Counted from the first letter of the stretch, positions 46,489 through 57,563 are shown. The stretch is 64,000 bases of DNA from Alphaproteobacteria bacterium (GCA_965219135.1 CBDCMV010000003.1:2176616-2240615); one strand, 5' to 3'. Made by a program: numbers and translations. The notes: generated by a model not told the origin, from the sequence alone.

Positions 46489-46761
46489 ATGAGTGACCGG
46501 GACGATGAGTTCAGGGAAAAGCTAAAAAGTCTCGGTCTCGAAGAGGTTAGGCGCAAACGCGCGAATAGAAACTATGGCGAAAGGAAACAACGCGTCGTAG
46601 ACGAATGGATTGAGTCTCAAGAACGAGAGCGTTCAGAATCGTCACGAGAAGAAGACCTTGGCATCAAGCGATATGCCGCAAGCAGGCAGAATATAGCCGC
46701 GATAGCTGCAATAATAGCCGCACTCATGGCGATTATTGGAGTGATAATTTCGATCATATGA
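46489..46761 (+). CDS. Small C-terminally membrane-anchored hypothetical protein (90 aa) in an AT-rich segment
   Basis: Charged N-terminal part and hydrophobic tail 'IAAIAAIIAALMAIIGVIISII'. Confidence 0.3.
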   Translation: MSDRDDEFREKLKSLGLEEVRRKRANRNYGERKQRVVDEWIESQERERSESSREEDLGIKRYAASRQNIAAIAAIIAALMAIIGVIISII

Positions 46762-47233
46762 TTAGTCCTTTCTGTGTTCTGAACATTCAAGAAAATTGAC
46801 TGAGGCAATTAGCAATCCCCTCCCGGTGCCACGGGCGGGGCTCTTAACCCACGACAAGGAGAGTTCTCATGATGGATGATCCAGCGCCTCTCTCGCAGTA
46901 TGGAGCGGCCGCCCTTCTTGCAGTGCTCGCTCAATCTCTTCGACATAACGAGTCGCCTCATCCGCTATCGCCACTGGTGCTCGCGGAAAGGATGATTTCT
47001 GATCTGCGAAACGCAGAACGGAAACAGAAGGGAGACGAAGAGGCCATAGCGACATTGAAAGCCGCACTTCGGTATTTCTATGTGGCCGAACAGGTGTCGG
47101 GGAAGGAGTAGTGGACATGGGCGCGCGCCTCGGCTATGAAGAGGCGCCGTTCTGGTGCTCTCAGCCAGGACGTTGATCCGTCTCTCCTAGCCGGCCAGCC
47201 TCGAAGACGGTCCACAGCAATGTGAGTGGTGTC

Positions 47234-48169
47234 CTAGTCGGCCACCAACTCGCGGTATTGCAACCGCTTGCCGTTCATTCCGCGCACGATAGCGGCCATC
47301 TGGTCAAGGGTGTCTTGCTCGCGGACGCCGTGGCGCCCGGCAAACTCGTTGACGTAGCGCTGCAAGTGCTTGGGGCTCATCTTGTGGTAGGTGCCCTTGT
47401 GCGCCCGCTTGAGCATCGACCAGAACGACTCAATCCCGTTGGTGTGTGCCATCCCGTCAACGTACTCGCCAACGCTATGACGCACGCTCGTGTGGTCGAA
47501 GGGTATGCCCTTGTAGGCCGCTGCGTCATCAGTTTAGACGGTCGCGCCCTTGGCGGCGGTGTCAGCGACAAACTTCTGTAGGGTCTTGGCGTCGGTTTTC
47601 TTGGTGACCTTGGCCCGAACCTTGTTCGTCTTGCGATCCTTCGCACCGACAACTGCGGTCTTGCCGACAGTCCCGCGACCGGTCTTGAGCTTCTTACCCT
47701 TGTGCTTATTCCGCTCCTTGCCGCCAAAGTACGTCTCATCAATTTCGACCGGACCGACAAACGGCGAATCATCGCTTTCCCACGCCTTGCGGATACGCTG
47801 GAGCATGAACCATGCTGCTGGCTGGGATACGCCGATGTCCCGATGCAACTTCATGCTCGATACGCCCTTGAGGCTGGTCAGGTGCAGATAAATAGCAAAC
47901 GCCCATTTGCGCAACGGGATATGGGACTTGTGCATCGCGGTCCCGGTCTTGACCGAGAAGTAGCCCCGGCAATCCGAGCACCTATAGGGCATGTTGTTGT
48001 GGCTGGCTTCGTGGGTGCGTGTGCTCCCGCAATGCGGACAGTAACGCCCATCGGGCCAAATGCGAGACTCGAACCAATCGCGGGCGGCGTCTTCTGTTGG
48101 AAACATATCGCAGAGCTGCACCAGCGTGATGCCGTCGCGGTCTGATTTACCGGGTGATGTGTAAGTCAT
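47234..48169 (-). pseudogene. IS1595-family (ISXO2-like) transposase with an in-frame TAA
   Basis: N-terminal Zn-ribbon 'CPHCGSTRTHEAS...YRCSDCRGYFSVKTGT' and C-terminal 'TNGIESFWSMLKRAHKGTYHKMSPKHLQRYVNEF'. TAA at about 47528 lies where this family has a conserved Tyr ('ATV*TDDAAAYKGI'). Confidence 0.75.
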
Positions 48170-48224
48170 GATCCAATTCCCCTCTAATGTTCATATGGGG
48201 ACTGGTGATCAGAATGTCAATACA

Positions 48225-48750
48225 AACTTATAAGCCCCTTTCGAAAGGGGTTGAGTGGCCGGTGTCGATGTGGTTCCAGGAAGGTTGTTGAGACCGATCT
48301 GGAGCCGCCATGTGGACGCCGACCACCCGAGAGCAGCATAGCCGCAAGGCGCTGCGTTATCAGACTGATTTGACCGATGCGGAGTGGGTTGTGATCGAGC
48401 CTCATTTGCCTCCGGCTCATGGCACGGGACGGCCCCGGTTATGGCCGATGTGAGAGATCATCAACGGCATTTTCTACGTGATTGCGGGCTGGCTGCCCTT
48501 GGCGCTTGCTGCCAAGCGATTTGCCACCGTGGGGCACGATCTATCGCTGGTTCGCCAAGTGCCGCGACGACGGCCTCCTTGAGAAGATCAATCACTCTCT
48601 GGTCATGGCCGATCGCGAGCGGGTCGGACGCGAGGCCAGCCCGAGCGGCGCGATTGTCGACAGCCAGAGCGTCAAGACGACCGAGGCTGGTGGCCCCCGC
48701 GGCTACGATGCGGGTAAGAAGATGCGTCGAAACCGCACGCCGAACAACAC
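48225..48750. mobile_element. IS5-family remnant A (terminal hairpin, disrupted orfA, start of orfB), truncated
   Basis: End motif CCCCTTTCGAAAGGGGTTGAGTGGCC. orfA 'MWTPTTREQHSRKALRYQTDLTDAEWVVIEPHLPPAHG' with in-frame TGA. 'DSQSVKTTEAGGPRGYDAGKK' then breaks off. Confidence 0.65.
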
Positions 48751-48790
48751 CCCACCACCTCCCCGAGCGCAGCTTCGGTGTCGGAATTTG

Positions 48791-51700
48791 TTACGACACA
48801 AATGAACCACGTGGGAGGAGCGGCTTCCACTCCCGCCCGTTCGCCTTCCCCGCAGCCCAAAACACTGGGAGCGTGTTGTTGGGTATTGTATTGTGAAAAG
48901 ATACAAGAGCAGCCATGTTCCCGAAACCCAGCGGGTTCTGTGGTGCAAGCTGTCGTCCGATCTGTAGCATCACGTCCTGTGCGTACGCCCTCTCGCCCTC
49001 GTCTTCGAACATACCGGCGTCTGGGGCGAAGGCCCTCACCTTGTCATCGAACGTGGTCATCGTCAGGACTTGCACCTTTGGGAACTGCTGCTTTATCCGG
49101 CCAATCGCCTCCGGAAACGCCGTCTGCAGGCAGCACACTACCCGACCCTGCTCGGCCAGTTGCGAGAAGAGATCCCGGTCCATCGACCAGAGCCGTCCGA
49201 GCCCCTTCGCGAGCGTGTTCCCTGTCCCCGCGAAGTCGTCCACGACGACGAGAACGGGATCATTGTCGAGACGGCCCTGCACCCAAGTGTACATGCCTTC
49301 GATCGGGCCGCATTTGCCAGGCCCCATGCGCTTGGCGAGCTCCCGGGCGGTAGCGGCGCCGCTTCTCGTTTCCGAGTCCACGTGACCGAGGTAGAGGTTG
49401 TCCTTCCTTCGCCTGAAGATGCGCCACGCACCATCGCCGATGTCCTGCCTCCTCGCGTTGAGCGATTCGTCCATCTTAGCGAGCCCGTTGACGATCGCGC
49501 CGCCATTGACGAACCCGTTTTCGGCGAGCCGTTTCAATAAAAGGAACGCCACCTCGATGCGCCCGTCGTCATCGAACTGGCGTAGCCATCGACGAACTTC
49601 CGCGACGTCCTTCTGTTTTCCGAGGTAGAGGAGGCGCTCCGACACGGACAAGAGCTCGTCCTCGTCGATGGGAAAGGCGGAAGACTCCATGATCGTGAAC
49701 GAGGCCAGCTCCTCGGCAGGGTCCATCGAGGCCAGCTCTTTTTGAAACGCCCGCCAAACCGGCATGAGCTCCGCTTCGCCGTTCTCAAGTAACCAGTCGC
49801 GGAATACCGGGAGTTCCACTTTGCAATCTCGTGCACCGCCTCTTTGCCGAGACACAACTCGCCTGCGCACCAGACCGTTCTCCACCTCCCGGAGATCCTG
49901 TAACGGGAGTCGTTCGTGCTGTTCTAAGCCGAGTTGCCCCTGTGCTTCGACGAGATCGTCGAGCGACTCGTATCCGCCCGAACGCAGCGTCGCAACGCAT
50001 GCGAGGAACAGGCAGTTGTTGGCCACGGACCGCTGCTTGTCGTTGGGATCGAGTACTGGAACATCCTCCCAAAAGTGCGCGAAATTCGTCGGCCCAAGTT
50101 CGCGAACCAGACTACGCCGCACGTAGTCGAAGTCGCTGGTCCCCACGAATGTCCGCCGTTCCTGGGCGCACCGCTGGAACACCTTCCCGCCGACCAGGTG
50201 CATGTAGAAAGGGTTCCCCCGGCAATATTCAACGATTCTCTTAACTGCGGCCGGCTCGTACTCGATCTTGCCGGCTACCGGATCTATTACGAGGGCCTCG
50301 CAATCCGCGTCCACCTCGATTCGGTCCAGCGAACTGTTCACCCATTTATTCAGGTCGGCCGAATGGCTGTCGTAGATGCTGTTCATCCGCTCGCTACCCA
50401 CAAACATGAACGTTAGTCCAACCTCCGAGAGCGAGCGCAGGGCCTTAACGAATTGCTTTCCCCGCTCACCCAGATAGAAGGCGGGATTGAGGTCGTCAAA
50501 CTCGTCGATGATGACCAGCATCTTGCGGTCGGTCTCGCGGGCCAACTCTTCCACGTAGGGAACGAGGCGACCCAGGCCCGCTCGGAATTCATCCTCTTTG
50601 GGGGCTTCGTGCTCGATCCCCAACACGCTTATCAGGCGCGTCGCAATGGTGTGCCCCAGCTGCCCCTCGTGCAGCGACGCCAGTTCGCCCATCCTCAGCA
50701 CGATGCACGCGATGTCCCCGCGTTCGTTCAGCTTGGCCGCAAGTACCTGGAGAACCGAAGTCTTACCGACTCGCTTCTGACCCCACAGGAACGTCGACGT
50801 CTCGTTCGACACGTGAAGCTCTAGCTCCGCGAGGACGGAGTCCCTGCCGTACAGGTCCTTCTTCTCCCGGATTGGATTGATCGCGTAGGGGGGATTCCTT
50901 AGCAGTTCGTCCCAGTCCGGCTGCGTTCGTTGCTGTTCGAACTCCAGGCTCTGCTCGAACCCGAGGCGCGTTCCGTTGGCCGTATGGCATTCCAGAACGG
51001 CCGCCAACTCAAGCGTTTCCTCGCCCGGCGCATTGCTCAGCGTGAGCCGGATCAGGCGCTCGGTGCCGGGCGGCAGATCGAACGGAGTTGAAGGTTCCGA
51101 TGCCGATAGCTCCGCCCTACCGGCGGATGCCCCCAATCGGATGCTTACCGCGTGCGCAGTTCCATCGCCGTCGTTGACCACGCGCGCCGGAAATACGACG
51201 TCTTGGTCGCCTCTGTCGAGATCCAGCTTAAACGTGCCACCGACGACTTGGAGTGCCGGCTTCATCATCTCGTCGCTCGCTTGGGTTCCCTCTTCGATGA
51301 GGCGCGACATGTGCCTGCCCACGGGTTCCAGCACCATCCTCTGGAGTCTATGGTGCAAGTCCTCTCCTAGCCCGTCGGTGGTCCGCTGCAGTTGCCGACT
51401 CAAGTCCCTTGCACGCCTCGGGATTCGCTCCCCCTCGTACTTCTCGCAGCTCTCGCAGAACTTGCGGAACAGCGTTCCGAGCAGCACTTCTACATCCCTG
51501 AGGGTCTGCCGTTCCCCCAGAAGCGCACACGACGCATACGCGTGGGCGTTCTTGATGATGTCCGTGGATGGCAGCTTGGCGGCGACAGGCGTCGATTGGC
51601 AGAAGCTTTCTACTGACTTCTCCAGCGCCGAACTCAATTCCTTCGTCTTGGCCGTGGCCGCGCGCATCGTTGCGGCCGGGCTGATCTTCGCCGGCAGCCC

Positions 51701-52396
51701 GAACAGCGATCGGAGCGGCTCCGCCACCCGATAGTTGATGTCGCCCACCGTCGCGGGAAGCTCCCTCCCCGCGTCCGCCGTCCTGAGCGTTGCATGGACG
51801 ACCGCCAAAGCGAGCAGATCGATCACGAATTTGTCTGCATGCTCCAGCAGATCCCCAATGGTGTTGATCTCGGCGTGGACAGGATTGGACGAGGCCCACT
51901 GCGTAACGATGTTGACGAAAGTCTTCTCGACATCGTCAACGTCCACGGAAGTTAGTTGCGATGCGTACGCCTCCCCGACACCGAGGTTGTCGCCGCTCGT
52001 TCGATACCGGTCGAGAATCGCTTGGAAACCTGCGGCTGCGTCCTCCGGCTCGGCCGCATCTCCGCCGTCGTCCGTGGTGTGACCTTCCGCTTCCGTCATG
52101 TTCTTATCGGCTACTTCAACCAGAAAATTTACCGACGGGTCGCGTGCATTTCCGATGGCCAGAACATCTGGAAAACGTTCTACGAGTTCCTGCATCGTCA
52201 TCCCGTCGTAATCGGATTCCCGAAAACGTCTCCCCGAGCGCTGCAGCAAGCGGTTCTTCAACACACTGAGGTTCATCTTGCGCCAGCCGGGCTTCCCCTT
52301 GACCTTGGCATCCGCGAAAGCTTGCACGAACAGTTCACGCAACTCTTCGTCCTTCTTCTGCTTGCTCAATCCCATTCTCCAAACACTTGTGGGCAT
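48791..52396 (-). CDS. Large P-loop NTPase (STAND/AAA_16-like) protein with a C-terminal phosphoribosyltransferase (PRTase) domain and an about 470-aa N-terminal domain of unknown function
   Basis: Walker A 'FLWGQKRVGKTSVLQVL'. Walker B 'MLVIIDEFDDL'. C-terminal PRPP-binding motif 'VLVVVDDFAGTGNTL'. 1201 aa. Confidence 0.6.
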   Translation of the reverse strand: MPTSVWRMGLSKQKKDEELRELFVQAFADAKVKGKPGWRKMNLSVLKNRLLQRSGRRFRESDYDGMTMQELVERFPDVLAIGNARDPSVNFLVEVADKNMTEAEGHTTDDGGDAAEPEDAAAGFQAILDRYRTSGDNLGVGEAYASQLTSVDVDDVEKTFVNIVTQWASSNPVHAEINTIGDLLEHADKFVIDLLALAVVHATLRTADAGRELPATVGDINYRVAEPLRSLFGLPAKISPAATMRAATAKTKELSSALEKSVESFCQSTPVAAKLPSTDIIKNAHAYASCALLGERQTLRDVEVLLGTLFRKFCESCEKYEGERIPRRARDLSRQLQRTTDGLGEDLHHRLQRMVLEPVGRHMSRLIEEGTQASDEMMKPALQVVGGTFKLDLDRGDQDVVFPARVVNDGDGTAHAVSIRLGASAGRAELSASEPSTPFDLPPGTERLIRLTLSNAPGEETLELAAVLECHTANGTRLGFEQSLEFEQQRTQPDWDELLRNPPYAINPIREKKDLYGRDSVLAELELHVSNETSTFLWGQKRVGKTSVLQVLAAKLNERGDIACIVLRMGELASLHEGQLGHTIATRLISVLGIEHEAPKEDEFRAGLGRLVPYVEELARETDRKMLVIIDEFDDLNPAFYLGERGKQFVKALRSLSEVGLTFMFVGSERMNSIYDSHSADLNKWVNSSLDRIEVDADCEALVIDPVAGKIEYEPAAVKRIVEYCRGNPFYMHLVGGKVFQRCAQERRTFVGTSDFDYVRRSLVRELGPTNFAHFWEDVPVLDPNDKQRSVANNCLFLACVATLRSGGYESLDDLVEAQGQLGLEQHERLPLQDLREVENGLVRRRVVSRQRGGARDCKVELPVFRDWLLENGEAELMPVWRAFQKELASMDPAEELASFTIMESSAFPIDEDELLSVSERLLYLGKQKDVAEVRRWLRQFDDDGRIEVAFLLLKRLAENGFVNGGAIVNGLAKMDESLNARRQDIGDGAWRIFRRRKDNLYLGHVDSETRSGAATARELAKRMGPGKCGPIEGMYTWVQGRLDNDPVLVVVDDFAGTGNTLAKGLGRLWSMDRDLFSQLAEQGRVVCCLQTAFPEAIGRIKQQFPKVQVLTMTTFDDKVRAFAPDAGMFEDEGERAYAQDVMLQIGRQLAPQNPLGFGNMAALVSFHNTIPNNTLPVFWAAGKANGREWKPLLPRGSFVS

Positions 52397-52488
52397 CTAT
52401 GTTTAGGCCACCCGCCACGGATTGCCGCTAACCATCATCGCTCGGGGCTTCCGGGCTCGATACGATTTCTAACGCGGCCGAGTAGCAA

Positions 52489-54109
52489 ATGCCCCCTAGG
52501 AACGAAACTGCCGCGCCGGCCGGTGCGGAGAATAGCACGCTGTATGTTGCGATCGAGATCCGCCGGAAGAGCTGGGTGGTCGGGATCAAGAGCCCGGTGA
52601 ACGAACGGATCGGCTTACATACGATCGAAGCCGCGAACGTCGATGCCCTCCGGGATTTGATTGAGCACCATCGAGCCAAGGCCGAACGGGTTCTCGAGCG
52701 TGAAGCGCGCGTTCTGAACTGCTACGAGGCGGGCTACGAAGGCTTTTGGCTGGCACGCTGGCTCGACGGTGCCATGGCCGTTGAGACGGTCGTGCTCGAT
52801 CCTGCGAGCCTTCTGGTGAACAGGAAGGCGAAACAGCGCAAGACAGACCGGATCGACGCGAAGAAGATGGTGCGTGCGCTGCTGGCGCACGACCGGGGCG
52901 ACGCGGCCGTGTTGAGCAGGGTACGGGTGCCGAGCGTGGAGCAAGAGGACCGCAAGCGACTGCATCAGGAGCGCCAGCGCCTGGTGAAGGAGCGACATCG
53001 TTGACGAACTCGATCAAGGGACTTCTCAAGTTGCACGGCATCTTTGATGTGCAGCCCCGTTCGAAGGATTTCGAGGCGAAGTTCGCCGATGTGAAAACCG
53101 CGTACGGGGAACCGCTCCCGCCGGCGGCCCGGCAGGAGATTCTGCGGATTTCGGAACGGCTGGCACTCGTGGAAGAGCAGATCGCCCAGGTCGAGGCCGA
53201 GCGTGATGCGTTCGTGCTGTCTGGAAAGACGATCTCGATGGTGGATGCGCCCGAGGGAAGTCAAGCGCGGGCGGCGGCGAAGATCGCGGCGCTGACCCGG
53301 CTGAAGCGCTCGGGAGAACTAAGCGCGGTGTGGGTTCCCGACGAGGAGCAGGAGGCGGTCCGCGATCTGACGCGGGCGCGCGAGGATATGAAGGCGATTG
53401 AACTCAAGGCGCGGCAACGACTGGGGGCGTTTTGCTGCGCCACGGGCGGGTGTACCGGGAAGGCAAGTGCCGCTGAACGCAGCAGCACTTTCGCTGGCTG
53501 GAGGAGCAGCGGTTCACGCACCCGGCGCAGCAGGTGGTGTTCCAGGAATACACCGATACGGTAGTGGAGGCCCGCACTCGGGTGGCAGGTCTCGAGCGGC
53601 AGATGCGCGAGGCGCTGACACGGTGGTCGTTACGCCCGGTGGTCGAGGCCCTCATCGCACTGCGGGGGGGTGGATGTGGTTCACGGCGATGACGGTCCTG
53701 GCCGAGCTCGGGGATCTCACGCGCCTTGACTCCCCACGCGAGTTGATGAGCTTTGTGGGGCTGGTGCCGAGCGAGCGCTCCTCGGGCGGAGTTCGGCGCT
53801 GAGGGGGGATTACCAAAAAGGGGCAATGGGCATGTGCGCCGGGTGCTGGTCGAGTCGGCCTGGTGCTATAGGTTTCCCGCGCGCAAAACCAGGCACTTGA
53901 CGCGCAAGGCGAGTGCGCCGCCGCCGGCGGTCCAAGCCATCGCCTGGGCGGCGCAGAAACGGTTGTGCGCGCCGTACCGGCATCTGTATCACGCGGGCAA
54001 GGCGAAGTGTCAGGTCACTACTGCGGTAGCCCGCGAGCTGGTGGGGTTCATCCGGGCGGTCGCCTGCGAGGTGATGGGTCGAGCCCATGCGACACGGGCG
54101 CTGAGCTGA
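52489..54109 (+). pseudogene. IS110-family transposase, copy 1, broken into three frames
   Basis: ORF fragments 52489-53004, 53001-53564 and 53753-54109 together parallel the intact copy at 58737-59927 ('STLYVAIEIRRKSWVVGIKSP...'). Confidence 0.7.
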
Positions 54110-54249
54110 ACGATGGGCCGGAGTTTTCCATGCCTTGTCCACCATGCGCTCCCAAGGCAGGCCGAGTGCAGTGTGTTGCAATCAGGGCGTGGCGGGCCGG
54201 TGAGGAGAATCCTCGGGAGTGTCAGAAGATTTGTGCTCGGGCCGTTTTG

Positions 54250-55452
54250 TCAGACATTGACGAACCTTTCGCCGAAGATGACGGCGAACTGTGTTTTGGC
54301 CTCGAACCATTCCCGCGGCGGACGTTTCCACGCCTCGGCCGCATGATCGAGAACGAGATATAACAACTTCGAGGCGGCCTCGTCACTGGGGAAGTGGCCG
54401 CGGGTGCGGACAGCGCGCCGGATCTTGGCGTTGAGCGACTCGATGGCGTTTGTGGTGTAGACAATCCTGCGTACCGCCTCGGGGAAGACAAAGAAGGGCG
54501 AGACGTGTTCCCAGTTGCGCCGCCAGCTCTGTGCGATGGCCGGATATTTCTCGCCCCAGGGGCCGGCCTCGAAGGCATCCAGCGCCGCCAGGCCGGCATC
54601 GGCGTCCTTGGCCCGGTATACGTCCCTGAGCGCCTTGGCCACATGTTTTCGATCCTTCCATGACGCAAAATTCATGGAATGGCGGATCAGGTGGACGATA
54701 CAGGTCTGGACCACAGTCTCGGGGAAGGTGGCGTTGATCGCCTCGGGGAAGCCCTTGAGACCATCGACGACGGCGAGCAGGATGTCCTGCACGCCCCGGT
54801 TCTTGAGCTCATTCATGACGCGCAGCCAGAACTTGGCGCCTTCGGTCTGCTCGATCCACAGACCGAGGATCTCCTTGGTGCCATCGGGAAGAATGGCGAG
54901 GGCGATATACACCGCCTTGTTGCGAACGAACCCCTCGTCGCGGATCTTGACCCGGATGGCGTCGAAGAAAACGATGGCGTAGCAGGCATCCAGTGGTCGG
55001 TTCTGCCATTCGCTCACCGCCTCGAGAACGGCATCGGTGACCGTTGAGATCAGGTCCGGTGAGACCTCTATACCGTACAGCTCCTGAAGGTGACCGCGGA
55101 TCTCGCGGACCGTCATGCCGCGGGCATACATGGAGATGATCTTCTCGTCGAAGTCCGGGAACCGGCGCTGGTATTTAGCGATCAGCTGCGGATCGAAGGT
55201 GCCGGCCCGGTCACGTGGAATATCCAGCGTCACCTTCGACGTACCCGTGAGGACCGTCTTCTGCGATCGGCCGTTATGGCGATTGGTTTTTCCATCCGCC
55301 GTTTCCGCATCAAGATGCGCGTCGAGCTCCGCATTCAGGACACGTTCCGACAGCCCTTTCTTCAACTCGTCAAGCAGACCGTCCTGGGTGAATACCGTTT
55401 CCGGATCACGCCCCTCCAACAGCTGGTCCAATAGTTCCTTCTCGATAGCCAT
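54250..55452 (-). CDS. IS256-family (mutator-type) transposase
   Basis: '...ISMYARGMTVREIRGHLQELYGIEVSPDLIS...VYIALAILPDGTKEILGLWIEQTEGAKFW...' is typical of IS256. Confidence 0.85.
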   Translation of the reverse strand: MAIEKELLDQLLEGRDPETVFTQDGLLDELKKGLSERVLNAELDAHLDAETADGKTNRHNGRSQKTVLTGTSKVTLDIPRDRAGTFDPQLIAKYQRRFPDFDEKIISMYARGMTVREIRGHLQELYGIEVSPDLISTVTDAVLEAVSEWQNRPLDACYAIVFFDAIRVKIRDEGFVRNKAVYIALAILPDGTKEILGLWIEQTEGAKFWLRVMNELKNRGVQDILLAVVDGLKGFPEAINATFPETVVQTCIVHLIRHSMNFASWKDRKHVAKALRDVYRAKDADAGLAALDAFEAGPWGEKYPAIAQSWRRNWEHVSPFFVFPEAVRRIVYTTNAIESLNAKIRRAVRTRGHFPSDEAASKLLYLVLDHAAEAWKRPPREWFEAKTQFAVIFGERFVNV

Positions 55453-55727
55453 AGGATGCTCCTTTCTTTTTCATCACTATGGCCCAAAGCACAAGATTCC
55501 GGATACTCCCGAATCCTCGGGCACTCTACGAGGGGGCTGGTTCAGCCAGACCGACCCACGACCTTAGAGAAAGGCAGCTCCGCGACGAAGTGAAGTCTGG
55601 TGGTAGCCAACCCACGAATATCAGAGAGATCCACCGTCGCGAATCATGCCGGCCGCGTCCTGATTCCAGCGCATTGAAGAAAGCAACTTCGGAAAACGCA
55701 ACGAAAACTTGACAGGGTCAATCTATA

Positions 55728-56591
55728 TCAGAGTGCGTGATTTCTTGCAGACACCACGGCTTTGCTCATCTTTTCAATAGCTGCTGCATCGATTTTCCCG
55801 AGCGCATCTTGAGCGAAGTGTTGTCCGGAGACCATATGCCGTAACTCCGCGAGCATCTTGGCCTCCACTTTATCAATCAGCCAGGTGAATTTTCCAAACG
55901 GTAATTCATTGAAATGAGTCAATTCTCGTTCGTCGAGTACGGCAGCTATAATTTCATATGTCTTTTTATCGCTAAACCAGCCGACTACCTTCTCGTCATC
56001 ATTATTGAACATCCCCAAGACAATAAACAGTCGCAAATGAATAGCTCTATAGCAGTTCAAAAGCATCCACAGATATTCACCAACGAAGGGACGAACTTTT
56101 TCCAAGTCTGATGAAATCGTTTGAAGCCTTTCCTTAAGTTCCTCGATCGGACTTCCTTGCAAGAAACTAGCACCCAACTCAGACTCCTTTGCCGCTCTGA
56201 ATTTCTGCGCCTCGGAGTCTTTGAATAGATCTACAATGGACATTGTTGGGAACGTTAGTTTACGTAACTCCAACACTTCGTCCCAAATCTTGTCCGCTGC
56301 GACGAACTTTCTCTCCATCGACGATTTCTGGCCTTCGGAAAACGACGACCTGACAGTGTCAAGAAAAGCTTTGTGGATCTGCAAATCGTTACTCAATCTC
56401 AAATTGGCTTCCTCAATCTGGAGAGCCAGTTTGGCCTTGTGGCTTTCGAGTTGTGTATCAAAATCGTGCTGAATTCCTGATCGGAATCGAGTGACGATCC
56501 ACTCTCGAATGACATTTTTGAACAAAGCGCCCAGTACGAGAATGAGCACAGTGCTGAGAAGCGCTGGCGATACGGCTTCTAGAGCTACCAC
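55728..56591 (-). CDS. Membrane-anchored coiled-coil hypothetical protein (about 288 aa from a GTG start)
   Basis: N-terminal TM helix 'ALLSTVLILVLGALF' then a long heptad-like region. The track ORF N-terminal extension runs into the IS5 remnant and is discounted. Confidence 0.35.
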   Translation of the reverse strand: MVALEAVSPALLSTVLILVLGALFKNVIREWIVTRFRSGIQHDFDTQLESHKAKLALQIEEANLRLSNDLQIHKAFLDTVRSSFSEGQKSSMERKFVAADKIWDEVLELRKLTFPTMSIVDLFKDSEAQKFRAAKESELGASFLQGSPIEELKERLQTISSDLEKVRPFVGEYLWMLLNCYRAIHLRLFIVLGMFNNDDEKVVGWFSDKKTYEIIAAVLDERELTHFNELPFGKFTWLIDKVEAKMLAELRHMVSGQHFAQDALGKIDAAAIEKMSKAVVSARNHAL

Positions 56592-56640
56592 TATTCTTTC
56601 CCTTCGATGATAAATTGCCGTTAATCTACACGATGTGGGC

Positions 56641-57091
56641 CTAACAGGCCGTTTCGAAAGGGGTTGAGTGGCCGGTGTCGATGTGATTCCAAGAAGGTTT
56701 CTGAGACCGATCTGGAGCCGCCATGTGGACGCCGACCAGCCGAGAGCAGCATAGCCGCAAGGCGCTGCGTTATCAGACTGATTTGACCGATGCGGAGTGG
56801 GTTGTGATCGAGCCTCATTTGCCTCCGGCTCATGGCGCGGGACGGCCCCGGTCATGGCCGATGCGAGAGATCGTCAACGGCATTTTCGACGTGATGCGGG
56901 CTGGCCGCCCTTGGCGCTTGCTGCCAAGCGATTTGCCACCGTGGGGCACGATCTATCGCTGGTTCGCCAAGTTCCGCGACGACGGCCTCCTTGAGAAGAT
57001 CAATCACTCTCTGGTCATGGCCGATCGCGAGCGGGTCGGACGCGAGGCCAGCCCGAGTCCTGGATTTGAAAAAATCTGCATTCGCTGCTGA
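56641..57091. mobile_element. IS5-family remnant B (end motif plus intact-looking orfA 56723-57091), 3'-truncated
   Basis: GGCCGTTTCGAAAGGGGTTGAGTGGCC end. orfA 'MWTPTSREQHSRKALRYQTDLTDAEWVVIEPHLPPAHGAGRPRSWPMREIVNGIFDVMRAGRPWRLLPSDLPPWGTIYRWF'. Confidence 0.65.
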
Positions 57092-57122
57092 TCACCGGTC
57101 AGTGAAAGACTGACGGGCACGG

Positions 57123-57563
57123 TCATCGTTCGAACTCCCGCGCGAGCCAGTCCTCGATCAGGAAGACGTGCGTGTTCAGGCCGTCGACACCCACCCTCCA
57201 GGGATTCTGTGTTGTCCGGTGACGCGACCAGCGCTGACACGTCCTCCCGTCAATCACCTGCTTGGCCTTCGTCGCACCAATCGGCTTGCCGTCTTTTCGC
57301 GCGAGCGCCGGCAAGAAATAAACCATGTTCAGTTCCGTGTTCGGATACCCGGTTTCCATTCGGATGGCCGCCGTCACCCTGGGATGGTTGTACCCGTCAT
57401 GCGGCGGAAACTCGTGGATCAGCACCCATTGGGAGCCATCCACGATGGTCTCCCAAGGATGCCCGTACTCTTCCAGGAACTTGTCGTCCTGCGTCGAAGT
57501 CGCGACGCAGGGCCACGCCTCAACCCTCGGTCTGGTCGCGCGGCAGCGCCTTGAATTTCTCAA
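57123..57563 (-). CDS. Hypothetical protein (146 aa)
   Basis: 'WVLIHEFPPHDGYNHPRVTAAIRMETGYPNTELNMVYFLP...GRTCQRW' is protein-like. Family unknown. Confidence 0.3.
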   Translation of the reverse strand: MRNSRRCRATRPRVEAWPCVATSTQDDKFLEEYGHPWETIVDGSQWVLIHEFPPHDGYNHPRVTAAIRMETGYPNTELNMVYFLPALARKDGKPIGATKAKQVIDGRTCQRWSRHRTTQNPWRVGVDGLNTHVFLIEDWLAREFER

